DNA from: Myxococcota bacterium
GTDB lineage: Bacteria; Myxococcota_A; UBA9042; PHBI01; JAWLBL01
Assembly: GCA_041687695.1 (NCBI GenBank)
Contig: JAWLBL010000006.1
Location: 235,518-299,517 of the forward strand
Length of the DNA: 64,000 nt
Direction: 5' to 3'
This document shows positions 50,240 to 59,900 of the stretch, piece after piece. The first letter of the stretch is position 1. Each line of letters begins with the position of its first letter. Below the pieces are notes generated by a model, which saw only the letters and a program-made list of their open reading frames with translations, was not told the origin of the DNA and did not search any database. The position numbers and the translations under genes were made by a program.

Positions 50240-51411
50240 GCGATGCGGCCCGGCTGGCAGCTCGGCTCTCGGCGTGGACACAGGGCCGCGCCGAGGCGAT
50301 GCAGCAGCTGTGGGCCGCGCTGGTGACCATCGCCTCGCCGACCGGCGACGCCGAGGGCAACGAGCAGTGCCTCGAGATCCTGGAGGCCGGCTATGGCGTC
50401 CTGGGCTTCACGCCGACCCGGGTGCCGGCGGCGCTGGGGCGCGAGCACCTGGTGCTGACTCGGACGGGCCAGGGCGGCGCGCCGCGGGTGATGCTGATCG
50501 GGCACACCGACACGGTGTTCGCGGCCGACGCGGGCTTCGACGGGTTCACGGTCGAGGGCGAGCTGGCGCGCGGGCCGGGCGTCGCCGACATGAAGGGCGG
50601 CCTGGTGGTGATGCTGTCGGTCGCGCAGGCGCTGGCACAGGTGGGGCGGCTGGACGACTTCGACTGGGTCGTGGTGATCAACACCGACGAAGAGCAGCAG
50701 TCCGAGACCAGCCGCGAGCTGGTCGAGACGCGGGCGGCCGGGGCGCAGCTGGCGCTGGTCTTCGAGTCGGGGCGGGCCTCGGGGGCGCTGGTGAAGGCGC
50801 GGCGCGGGACCGGGCGCTTCACGCTGACGACGCGCGGGCGGGCGGCGCACGCCGGGCAGGCCCACGGCGAGGGGCTGAACGCCATCGTCGAGTTGGCGGC
50901 CAAGGTGGGGCCCATCGCGGCGCTGAGCGATCCTGCACGCGGGGTGACGGTCAACTGCGGCCTCGTCTCGGGCGGCACCCGGGCCAACGTGGTGCCCGAG
51001 CGGGCCGAGCTGGTGGTCGACGCGCGGGCCGACGACCCGGCGGGGGCCGCGTGGTTGGCGCAGCGCATGAGCGAGATCGCGGCCGCGGTGGTGGTCGAGG
51101 GCTGCGAGACGGCCGTGAGCGGCGGCATCGCGCGGCCGCCCTGGCCCGAGAACGAGCCGACCGAGCGGCTGGTGGAGACCTGGACCGAGGCGGGGCGCCT
51201 GCTGGGGCAGACCGTGACCGCCGAGGTGACCGGCGGCGGCAGCGACGGCAACTTCACCCGGGCGCTGGGCGTGCCGACCCTGGACGGGCTGGGCCCGCGC
51301 GGCGGCGGGTACCACACGGCCGGCGAGTGGGCCGAGGTGGCCAGCCTGCCGGCGCGGGTCGCGCTGACGGCGCTGGCGCTGACGATGTGGCGCGAGACCC
51401 TGGAGGGCTGA
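50236..51411 (+). CDS. M20 metallopeptidase/amidohydrolase (carboxypeptidase G2-like)
   Basis: ATGA coupling; GHTDTV, GVADMKGG, DEE, FE, GGSDGN, HTAGE. Confidence 0.88.
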   Translation: MSDAARLAARLSAWTQGRAEAMQQLWAALVTIASPTGDAEGNEQCLEILEAGYGVLGFTPTRVPAALGREHLVLTRTGQGGAPRVMLIGHTDTVFAADAGFDGFTVEGELARGPGVADMKGGLVVMLSVAQALAQVGRLDDFDWVVVINTDEEQQSETSRELVETRAAGAQLALVFESGRASGALVKARRGTGRFTLTTRGRAAHAGQAHGEGLNAIVELAAKVGPIAALSDPARGVTVNCGLVSGGTRANVVPERAELVVDARADDPAGAAWLAQRMSEIAAAVVVEGCETAVSGGIARPPWPENEPTERLVETWTEAGRLLGQTVTAEVTGGGSDGNFTRALGVPTLDGLGPRGGGYHTAGEWAEVASLPARVALTALALTMWRETLEG

Positions 51412-51414
51412 ACC

Positions 51415-52059
51415 ATGACAGCGGCGGCCTGGAGCCGGGACGAGATGGCGAGGCGGGCGGCGGCGGAGGTGCAGCCCGGGATGGTGGTCAACCTGGGCAT
51501 CGGCATCCCGACCCTGGTGGCCAACCACCTGCCCGAGGCGGCGCCGGGCGAGGCGCCGGTGATGCTGCACAGCGAGAACGGCCTGCTGGGCATGGGCCCC
51601 TTCCCCTTCGAGGGCGAGGAGGACCCGCAGATCATCAACGCCGGCAAGCAGACGGTGACCATCGTCCCCGGCGGCAGCACCTTCGACTCGACCCTGTCCT
51701 TCGCCATGATCCGCGGCGGGCATGTGGATCTGGCCATCCTGGGGGCGATGCAGGTGGCGCAGAGCGGGGATCTGGCCAACTGGGCCATCCCGGGCGGGCT
51801 GGTGACCGGCATGGGTGGGGCGATGGATCTGGTGTCGGGCGCCCGGCGGGTCATCGCGGTGTGCACCTTCCGCAGCAAGGAGGGCGAGCCCAAGCTGGTC
51901 CGCCAGTGCGACCTGCCGCTGACCGGCGTCGCCTGCGTGCACCGGGTGGTGACGGACGTGGGCGTCTTCGACCCGGCCGGCGACGGCTTCCGCATCGTCG
52001 AGCTGGCGCCCGGCGTCACCCGCGAGGCGCTGGGCGACGACGTCCCGCTGCTGGATTGA
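51415..52059 (+). CDS. scoB: 3-oxoacid CoA-transferase subunit B
   Basis: VNLGIGIPT, HSENG (catalytic Glu), FAMIRGGH, GMGGAMDLV. Confidence 0.9.
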   Translation: MTAAAWSRDEMARRAAAEVQPGMVVNLGIGIPTLVANHLPEAAPGEAPVMLHSENGLLGMGPFPFEGEEDPQIINAGKQTVTIVPGGSTFDSTLSFAMIRGGHVDLAILGAMQVAQSGDLANWAIPGGLVTGMGGAMDLVSGARRVIAVCTFRSKEGEPKLVRQCDLPLTGVACVHRVVTDVGVFDPAGDGFRIVELAPGVTREALGDDVPLLD

Positions 52060-52199
52060 CGCGGCCGGGCCCCGACGCGGCTGGATGGGGCTCGGTCGCG
52101 GACCGCGCGCCCGCGTGGCTCGACAGGGGGCTTGTCCGGCGGGTGGCGGTTCCACTTTAGCGGGCAGACCGAGCGCCAATGAGCCGCAGGGGGCGTGGG

Positions 52200-52664
52200 A
52201 TGACGAGAGGGATCAAGGGCAAGTGGGCCGCGGTAGGCCTGGCCGGGCTGCTGATGGCGAGCGCGCCGGCCTGCGCGCCGGTCTACGTCGAGGGCCAATA
52301 CGAGGCTGTGTACGCCGAGGTGTCGCCGCCGCCGCCGCCCAACGAGGTCATCCCGCAGCCGCCCGGACCCGGGTACGCCTGGGTGCCGGGGCATTGGTAC
52401 TGGACGGGCGACCAGTACGTGTGGTCGCACGGCTATTGGACGCGGCCGCCGGTCACCGGGCACGTCTGGGTGCCGGCGGGCTGGATCCTGTGGGAGGGGC
52501 GCTACCGCTACGTGCCCGGGCGCTGGGCGCACCCGCAGCGGCGGCCGACCTATCGCTACGTGCCGGCGCCGCCGCGGCCGCACGTCAGGCCGCAGCCGGT
52601 CAAGCCGCCGCCGGTCAAGCAGCACATGGGCGTGCACCCGGCCAAGCCGCAGCCGGGTCGGTGA
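52200..52664 (+). CDS. YXWGXW/WXXGXW-repeat lipoprotein
   Basis: Signal ending in Cys; WVPGHWYW, WSHGYW, WVPAGW, YVPGRW. Confidence 0.8.
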   Translation: MTRGIKGKWAAVGLAGLLMASAPACAPVYVEGQYEAVYAEVSPPPPPNEVIPQPPGPGYAWVPGHWYWTGDQYVWSHGYWTRPPVTGHVWVPAGWILWEGRYRYVPGRWAHPQRRPTYRYVPAPPRPHVRPQPVKPPPVKQHMGVHPAKPQPGR

Positions 52665-52671
52665 CCCGCGC

Positions 52672-53175
52672 TCAGGCGACCTTGCGGCGGCGCCAGGCGG
52701 TGACGCCGCGGTGGGTCAACAGATAGGCGACGGCGCCGGTCAGCACGCCGATGACCAGGCTCCCCACCCACAGGTCGGCGCCGACCAGCGCCAGCGACTG
52801 CCAAAGCTCGTGCCACCAGGGCCCGGCGGCCTCGGGCGGAGGCGGGAGCGGGGGCGTCGTCTCGATGGCCGCCGCCGGGGAGGCCTCGGCCACGACCGCG
52901 CCGCCGGTCAGCAGGGCCCCCAGGCGCCAGCAGAGCCAATAGCAGGGCGCGGCGGTCACCGGGTTGGTCACGAAGACCAGGGGCAGGCCCGAGACCTTGT
53001 TGGCGCGCAACACGGTCGCCAGCGCGACGTACAGGACGAGCTGCAGCCCCAGGGTCGGCGTCCAGGCGACGAGGGTGCCCAGGAACACGCCCAGGGCGAT
53101 GCGGTGGGGGGTGTCGTCGACGTCCAGGATGCGGCGGACCACCACCTCCCGGACGCGTCTAGCCAGCCTTCGCAC
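52672..53175 (-). CDS. DUF2062 membrane protein
   Basis: GGAGG before GTG 53175; DDTPHRIALG, PTLGLQ, VTNPVT. Confidence 0.8.
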   Translation of the reverse strand: MRRLARRVREVVVRRILDVDDTPHRIALGVFLGTLVAWTPTLGLQLVLYVALATVLRANKVSGLPLVFVTNPVTAAPCYWLCWRLGALLTGGAVVAEASPAAAIETTPPLPPPPEAAGPWWHELWQSLALVGADLWVGSLVIGVLTGAVAYLLTHRGVTAWRRRKVA

Positions 53176-53351
53176 GAGGGCCTCCGCGGGCGCCGCCGGA
53201 GTGGCGGCGTCGCCCAAGAAAGCCTCGCGGACGGCGATTCGTTCCCGTGGGGCAGGGGCTCGGGCCTCGAGGACGGCTGCTGGGCGCGTGGAACGCGTGG
53301 TCGAGGTCCGCGAACGCGTCGTGCGCGGGTGGAACGCTTTCGACCCTTGCC

Positions 53352-53706
53352 ATCCGACGAGCCCTCGCGTGCGAGGGCGATCCGACGAGCCCTCGCGTGC
53401 GAGGGCACTCCAGGAGCGGCGCGAGCGGAGCGAGCCGACGACGCAATGGTCAGGGGCCGTTTCGAGCATCCAGCGGCGCGAGCGGCGCGATCCGACGAGC
53501 CCTCGCGAGCGACGGCGATCCGACGAGCCCTCGCGTGCGAGGGCACTCCAGGAGCGGCGCGAGCGGAACGAGCCGATGACGCGATGGTCAGCGGCCGCTT
53601 CGCGCATCCAGCGCCGCGAGCTTCGCCAACCAGCGAGCCCTCGCGAGCGAGGGCACTCCGGACGCACCCGCTCATTGGAGTGCCCGCGCTCGCGCGGGCT
53701 CGCTGG
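53352..53706. repeat. REP/BIME-like cluster of GCCCTCGCG(T/A)GCGAGGGC hairpins with a 138-bp higher-order duplication
   Basis: Hairpins at 53361, 53389, 53499, 53527, 53637 and an inverted copy at 53682; 53352-53489 repeats as 53490-53627. Confidence 0.85.
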
Positions 53707-53729
53707 ATCGGCGCCGCTCGCGGCGCCTT

Positions 53730-54446
53730 TCAGGCGGGGCGGGGGCGGGTGGTGCGGTACTCGAAGGGGTCGCGGTGCGTGGGCGCGTGGAACAGGCGCT
53801 GCACGAAGATCCCGGGCAGGTGCACGTCGGCCGGCGCGAGGGCGCCGAGGGGGACCAGCTCGTCGACCTCGGCGATGGTCACCCGGGCGGCCATGGCCAT
53901 GGCCAGCTGGAAGTTCTTGCTGGTGCCGTAGAACTGCAGGTTGCCGTAGGGGTCGGCGCGGCGGGCGCGGATGAAGGCGAAGTCGGCGGTGAGCGCGGTC
54001 TCGAGGATGGCGCGCTTGGGGCCCTCGGCGGTCTGGAAGACCCGCTCCTCCTTGCCCTCGGCGACCACGGTGCCGACGCCGGTCGGGGTGAAGAAGGCGG
54101 GGATGCCGGCGCCGCCCGCGCGGATGCGCTCGGCCAGCGTGCCCTGGGGGACCAGCTCGACCTCGACCAGCCCGGCGGCGTACTGCTGCTGGATGTCGGG
54201 GTTGCCGCCCATGAACGAGCCCTTCCAGGCGGCGACCTGGCGGTTGTGCAGCAGGACGGCCAGCCCCTGGCCCTGGTTGCCGCAGTTGTTGCTGATGATG
54301 GTCAGCCCCTTGCGACCCGAGGCGGCCAGCGCCTCGATGAGCTGCTCGGGGTTGCCGCTGAGCCCGAAGCCGCCGACCATCAGCGTCGCGCCGTCCTGCA
54401 GATCGGCGATGGCCTCGGCCGCGCTCGCGACCTGCTTGTGGGTCAC
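53730..54446 (-). CDS. scoA: 3-oxoacid CoA-transferase subunit A
   Basis: GTG overlapping the upstream stop; MVGGFG, SNN, PQGTLAERIRAGGAGIPAFFT, HLPGIFV. Confidence 0.92.
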   Translation of the reverse strand: MTHKQVASAAEAIADLQDGATLMVGGFGLSGNPEQLIEALAASGRKGLTIISNNCGNQGQGLAVLLHNRQVAAWKGSFMGGNPDIQQQYAAGLVEVELVPQGTLAERIRAGGAGIPAFFTPTGVGTVVAEGKEERVFQTAEGPKRAILETALTADFAFIRARRADPYGNLQFYGTSKNFQLAMAMAARVTIAEVDELVPLGALAPADVHLPGIFVQRLFHAPTHRDPFEYRTTRPRPA

Positions 54447-55801
54447 TTCAGCACCTCCAGCAGCGCCGCCTCGAACAGATCGACCGCCCGGTCGCACTCG
54501 GCCTCGGTGACCGGCAGCGGCGGCGCGAAGATGGCCATGTTCCACTTGATGGGCAGGTACAGGCCGCGGGCCAGCAGCGTCTCGTCCAGCCCCTTCAGCG
54601 GCGAGCCCGCCGGCGCCGGCGCGTTCTGCGGGACCAGCGGCTGCCCGGTCGCCGGGTCGCTCAGCTCGACCGCCCACAGCAGGCCCTTGCCGCGCACGTC
54701 CGACACCCACGGGTGCCGGCGCAGCCGCTCGAGCCGCGCCCCCAGGTGCGCCCCGACCCGCGCCGCCCGGTCCACGAGGCCGTCCTGCTGGTAGATCTCG
54801 AGGCAGGCCACCGCCGCCGCGCACGAGATGGGGTGCGCGTAGGCCGTCAGCCCGGCCACCAGCGGCTGCTCGTCGAAGCGCCTGGCCAGCTCGTGCCGGA
54901 TCATCACCGCCCCCAGCGGCGCGTAGCCGCTGGTCAGCCCCTTGGCCAGGCACATCAGATCCGGCACCACCCCATAGTGATCGATGCCGAACCACTTGCC
55001 GGTGCGCCCGAACCCGGTCAGCACCTCGTCGGCCACCAGCATGATGCCGTGGCGATCGCACAGCGCCCGCAGCCGCGGCCACCAGTCCGGCGGCGGCACG
55101 ATGACCCCGTTGGCCCCGCCGATGGACTCCATCACGATGGCCGCGATGGTCTCGGGCCCCTCGAGCGCGACCACCTCCTCGATGTGGTCGATGCAGGCGT
55201 CGTTGCACGGCGCGTCGCCGCACTGGCCCAGCGGCGGCCCCTGGCAGAACAGGCACCGGTGCCGATAGGGCGGCATCACCCGCACGAGCCCCGGCACCCC
55301 CGGCTCGAACGGCCGCCGCCGCGGGTCGCTGGTCAGGGTCAGCGCCCCCATGGTCGCCCCGTGATAGCTGCGGTAGCGCGCCACCACCTTCTGCCGCCCG
55401 GTCAGCAGCTTGGCGATCTTGACCGCGTTCTCGACCGCCTCGGACCCGCCCAGGGTGAAGAACACCCGGTCCAGGTCGCCGGGCGTCACCCGCGCCAGCT
55501 CTTCCCCCAGGCGCGCCTTGGCCTCGAACACCGCCTTGGGCGATGCGGCCGCCAGCTGCTGCGCCTGCCGGGCGATGGCCTCGCTGACGCGCGCCTCGCC
55601 GTGGCCGACGTTGACGTTGTAGGTCTGGCTCTCGAAGTCCAGCACCTGGCGTCCGTCGGCCAGCTGGAAGCTCGCCCCGCGGCCGCCGACGATCTCGAGG
55701 CCGCGCGCGTGCTTCTGGGCGCTCCAGGTGTACAGGACGTGCTCGCGCTGGCGCGCCTCGAGCTCGGACATGGGGAACGGGTCGGCGGTTCGGTCGGTCA
55801 T
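54443..55801 (-). CDS. Class-III PLP aminotransferase (omega-amino acid/taurine-pyruvate type)
   Basis: LYTWS, GGSEA, SYHG, DEVLTGFGRTG, PDLMCLAKGLTSGY, GLTAYAHP. Confidence 0.9.
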   Translation of the reverse strand: MTDRTADPFPMSELEARQREHVLYTWSAQKHARGLEIVGGRGASFQLADGRQVLDFESQTYNVNVGHGEARVSEAIARQAQQLAAASPKAVFEAKARLGEELARVTPGDLDRVFFTLGGSEAVENAVKIAKLLTGRQKVVARYRSYHGATMGALTLTSDPRRRPFEPGVPGLVRVMPPYRHRCLFCQGPPLGQCGDAPCNDACIDHIEEVVALEGPETIAAIVMESIGGANGVIVPPPDWWPRLRALCDRHGIMLVADEVLTGFGRTGKWFGIDHYGVVPDLMCLAKGLTSGYAPLGAVMIRHELARRFDEQPLVAGLTAYAHPISCAAAVACLEIYQQDGLVDRAARVGAHLGARLERLRRHPWVSDVRGKGLLWAVELSDPATGQPLVPQNAPAPAGSPLKGLDETLLARGLYLPIKWNMAIFAPPLPVTEAECDRAVDLFEAALLEVLK

Positions 55802-55821
55802 GGCTGGCGAGTCTCGAGCCT

Positions 55822-56931
55822 TCAGTCGAAGCGGACGGGGACGGAGCGGTCGCCGCCCACCTCGGTCAGCGACCAGGGGTGGTCGACGCAGCAGCCCTGC
55901 ACGGCCAGCACCTGCCGGCGGGCGTGGTCGAAGACGACGGCCCCGCAGGTGGTGGCGGCGTGCGGGTCGTCGGAGGCGGCGTGCATGCACAGGCTCCGGG
56001 GGAAGCCCTCGTGCGAGCCGAAGGCGCGCGCCAGCTGGGCGGCCGACGCGCCGCGCGCCGGCAGGGCCTGGACCTCGCGGCTGAGGTGCTGCAGCCGCAG
56101 GTGGGTGGTCGTGCCCTCGGGCAGCTCCTCGAGCGGCAGCAGCTCGGGCACCAGGCAGTGGTTCGTGTGCAGGATGGGCCCGTCGACGCCGCGCTTGTAG
56201 ACGCGCTTTTCGCGCCCGGAGGTCTCGATGCTGAAGGCGTCGCGGCCGTCCGAGACCAGGTAGTGGTGGCCCGAGCCCAGCGGCGTGCCCAGCAGCACGT
56301 TGGCGGCGGCCTCGGCGGTCGTCTCGCGCAGCATGCGGCGCACCACGGCCGGCCACAGGACGCCCACCCGCGCGTCGGTCGGGGTCAGGTTGTTGATGAG
56401 GACGCCGACACCCTCCTCGTTGAGGCCCGCCATGCCCAGGCAGCCGGTCAGGGTCAGCAGCGTCGCGGTGGGCGCGCCCGCGAGCCGCACCTCGATGAGG
56501 CGCACGAAGGGCTCGGCGCTGCCGTGCATGTCCCAGGTCTGCCCGGTGACCGCCGCGCCGGGCTGCTCGGGCGGCATGAGCGCCATGCTGCAGCCGCCCG
56601 GGTCGGGGGCGTCCTCGGCGGGCGCCCACGCGGCGCGCCGGATGTCACGCAGGTCCGTGTAGTGGTTGAGGACGACCAGCTGCTCGAGGCTGGCTCCCGA
56701 GGTGTGGCTGAGGCCGACCAGCTCGTCCCACAGCGCGGCGTCCCAGTCGCGCATCACCGGCAGGTGGGCGGCCGCGAGGCGCGTGACCTGCGCGCGGTCG
56801 GTGAGATCACTGCGCACCAGCATCAGCTCGGCGCGGATCTCGGCCAGCGCGGCGATCTCGCCGGGGAACAGGGCGCCGTGCTGCTCGCCGATGTCGCGCG
56901 GCGTGCGGCCGGTCAGGATGATCTTTTCCAT
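55822..56931 (-). CDS. C45-family autoproteolytic acyltransferase/hydrolase (Ntn hydrolase)
   Basis: GEQHG, G|CS autocleavage site (PGGCSM), GQTWD, GLNEEG, HTNH. Confidence 0.85.
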   Translation of the reverse strand: MEKIILTGRTPRDIGEQHGALFPGEIAALAEIRAELMLVRSDLTDRAQVTRLAAAHLPVMRDWDAALWDELVGLSHTSGASLEQLVVLNHYTDLRDIRRAAWAPAEDAPDPGGCSMALMPPEQPGAAVTGQTWDMHGSAEPFVRLIEVRLAGAPTATLLTLTGCLGMAGLNEEGVGVLINNLTPTDARVGVLWPAVVRRMLRETTAEAAANVLLGTPLGSGHHYLVSDGRDAFSIETSGREKRVYKRGVDGPILHTNHCLVPELLPLEELPEGTTTHLRLQHLSREVQALPARGASAAQLARAFGSHEGFPRSLCMHAASDDPHAATTCGAVVFDHARRQVLAVQGCCVDHPWSLTEVGGDRSVPVRFD

Positions 56932-56942
56932 CGTGGTGGCCC

Positions 56943-59900
56943 TCACAGGAGCGAAGCCACCGCCTCGGCGACGCGCTCGAGGTCGGCTTCGCCCAGCGTG
57001 AGCGCCGGCGCGACCCGCAGCCAGCCCTCGGTCGTGAGCCCGACCAGGACGCCGCGGTCGGCCAGGCGCGCCCGCAAGGTCGGCCCATTAGGCACCTCGA
57101 CCGCCAAGAAAAGCCCCTCGCCGTGCACCGGGCCCAGCCGCCGCAGCAGCTCGCGCAGCCGCCGGGCCATCGGGGTGACCGGCAGGCGGCGCGCGGCGCG
57201 CAGCTCCCACATGAGGCGGGTCAGCGAGACCTCGTCGCCGTCCCAGGTCGAGATGAGCGTCAGCTTCTCGGAGACGTGCAGCTTGTCGGACAGGAAGACC
57301 AGGCCCAGCTGCCCGCCCGGGTACCACCAGAGCGCGTCGGGCTGGATGGGCAGGGTGTCGGCGCGCCACGGGCCGCGGCCCGAGCGGTAGCCGGCGGTGG
57401 CCGCCTCGCTGACGACCAGCGGGACGCCGGCCCCGTCGCAGGCGGCGCGCAGCGGACCCCAGAAGTCGGCCGGGACCGGGCGGCCGGTCTGCAGATAGAC
57501 CGGCTCGACGACCACGCCCAGCACGCGCTCGGGGCCGTGCTGCTTGAAGCACCGCTCCAGATCGCGCAGCGCCTGGGCCGGGTCGCGGGTCGGGTCGGCG
57601 GTGGTCGGCCAGCCGAACCAGTTGTCGGGGTGCCCCTCGGGCAGGCTGATGGAGCGCGCCGCGGCCGTGGTGTCGCCGGCGTAGACCGGGCCGACGCTGA
57701 TGACGACGCTGGCGCCGCCGCGGTGGTACTTGAGGGCGCGCAGGCCCTTGTCGGCGACCTCGGCGCGGCCGCTGGCGAGGACCAGGTGGCCCAGGCCCCG
57801 CGGCGCGAGGGCGCGCAGCATCTCGAAGCCGCGCACGACGCCCGGGGTGACGAAGTTGCACAGGCTGAGCTTGTTGGCGATGGCGCCGTTCAGGTGGCCG
57901 GCCAGCAGGTGCTGGCGCAGCTCGGCGGTCGCCGGGTGGTCGCCGTCGATGGGGCCCAGGGGCTGCACCAGGCCGCCGTCGAGGTCGAGCGGCGCGCGGC
58001 CGCCCGGGTGGGCGTCGAGCACGCTCTCGGGCAGGTGCGGCGCCATCAGCGGCACGCGGTAGTACATGGCCAGGCCCTCGGGCTCGCCGTACTGGCCCGA
58101 GTAGACGGCGACCGGCCAGGCGCCGAAGCGGCGGTTCAAGGCGCGCATGCGCTCGGTCGCGCCGACGCGGTTGCGGCCGGTCAGGTACTCGAAGCGGGGC
58201 GAGCCGTCGGGGCGGCGGACCTGCAGGGCCTCGCGGACCTGGGCCTGCTTCAAGGCCAGGCCCAGCGCCTTGCCCTGGTGGTCCTTGTGGACGGTGAGAT
58301 CGGCCGAGTAGATGGTGTTGCCGCGGCCCAGCATCGGGTCCTGGCGCGGGCCGTCGAGGTGGGCGAAGTGCTCGAGCGGGAACGCGAAGGTGCAGCCGAC
58401 CAGGGTGCCGCGGGGAGGCAGCTCCTTGCCCTTGACCGCGACCAGGCACACGGCGCCCGGCTCGCGGAGCAGCGCCCCGAAGTGGTCCAGGTTGTCGCGG
58501 CGGGCGGGCTCGTAGTTGGCGACCTGCAGCGCCTCGAGCGCGGGGAGCACCGCCGGCCACTGGTCGACGCCGACCTTGAGGATGCGGTAGCCCTCGGCCA
58601 GCTGGCCGCGCGGGCGGGGCCAGGCGGCGGCCTCGTCGGGCTGGGCGACGACGCGCCAGGCGGTCGACTCGCCGGCCTCCAGCGACGCAAGGGACTCGTC
58701 GAGGCGCTGGAAGAGGCTGTCGAGGGCCTTGTCGGTCCAGGCCGGGCTGCCGCGGAAGCGCAGGGTGCGGTCGCCGGCGCCGTAGACCATGTAGCCGCGC
58801 CACAGGCGCTGGTCGGTCAGGAAGGCCAGGGCCTTGGGATCGGGCAGGTCGAAGGCGAAGGCCCAGCCGGTCGCGCGCGGGGCGAGGACGGTGGTCGGGT
58901 GCTTGGCGGCCAGGGCGGCCATGCGCTCGCGGACGTTGGCCTCGAAGGCGTGGGAGGGCGCGGCGGCGAGCATCTCGGCCTGCAGCATGCCGCGGACGGC
59001 GCTGGTGATGTGCGGCGGGTCGGCGGCCTCGATGGGCCAGCGGCTGACGACGGCGCCGACCTGGGCCTTTTTGGCGCAGGTGATGAGATCGGGGGCCGCC
59101 GGCAGGTTCCAGCGGCGGTGCCAGAAGAAGGGGCCGCCCAGGTGGAAGCCGGTCTGGACCTCGTCGAGGATGAGCGGGACGCCGTAGGCGAGGGTCAGCG
59201 CGCGCAGGCAGGCGAAGAAGCGCTCGGTGGCGTAGCGGTCGCCGCCCTCGGACTGCATGGGCTCGGTGATGACGGCGACGACCTGGTCGTCGGCGAGGGC
59301 GGCCTCGACGGCGCACAGGGCGCGGTGCTCGGCGGCCAGCAGCGGGTCGCTGGGCGCGGGGCGGCTGTCGGCGCCGCGCTTTTCGGTCCAGGGGGCCACG
59401 TCGTCCTGGGTCCAGGCGGGCTCGACGCCGGGGGCGTCCCAGGTGGGCCAGGGCGCCCAGCGGGCCTGGTGGCCCTCGAGTTCGAAGCGCAGGCGCTTGG
59501 ACGGGTTCCAGGTGGCGTGCAGGGCCAGCAGGCTGCGGCCGTGGAAGCTGCCCTCGAAGGCGACGACGGCGCGGCGGCCGGGGCGCTGGCGGGCGGCGGC
59601 GCGCAGGGCCAGCTCGTTGGCCTCGGCGCCCGAGTTGCAGAAGGCGACGTGCTGGAGATCGGGGGCCGAGGCGCGGCGCAGGGCGGCGGCCAGGGTGACC
59701 AGCTCGGGGGTGGTCTCGCCGGGCGGGGGGCTGGGGACGAGGGGCCAGGGGCCGAAGCGGCCGGACCACAGGGCCTCGAGGACCTTGGGCGGGTTGAGGC
59801 CGCCGGCGTGCGAGGCGATCTGGCTGGCGGCGTCGAAGACGACGAGCGGGTCGTCGTCGACGCTGGCGAGGTAGGGGCCGTTGGAGCGGAAGAGGTCGAC

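Noticed and set aside
52968..53974. ORFs crossing the REP-like cluster, and the long N-terminal extension of DUF2062
   Set aside because: Repeat-derived open frames; a GGAGG-preceded GTG at 53175 gives a normal-length DUF2062
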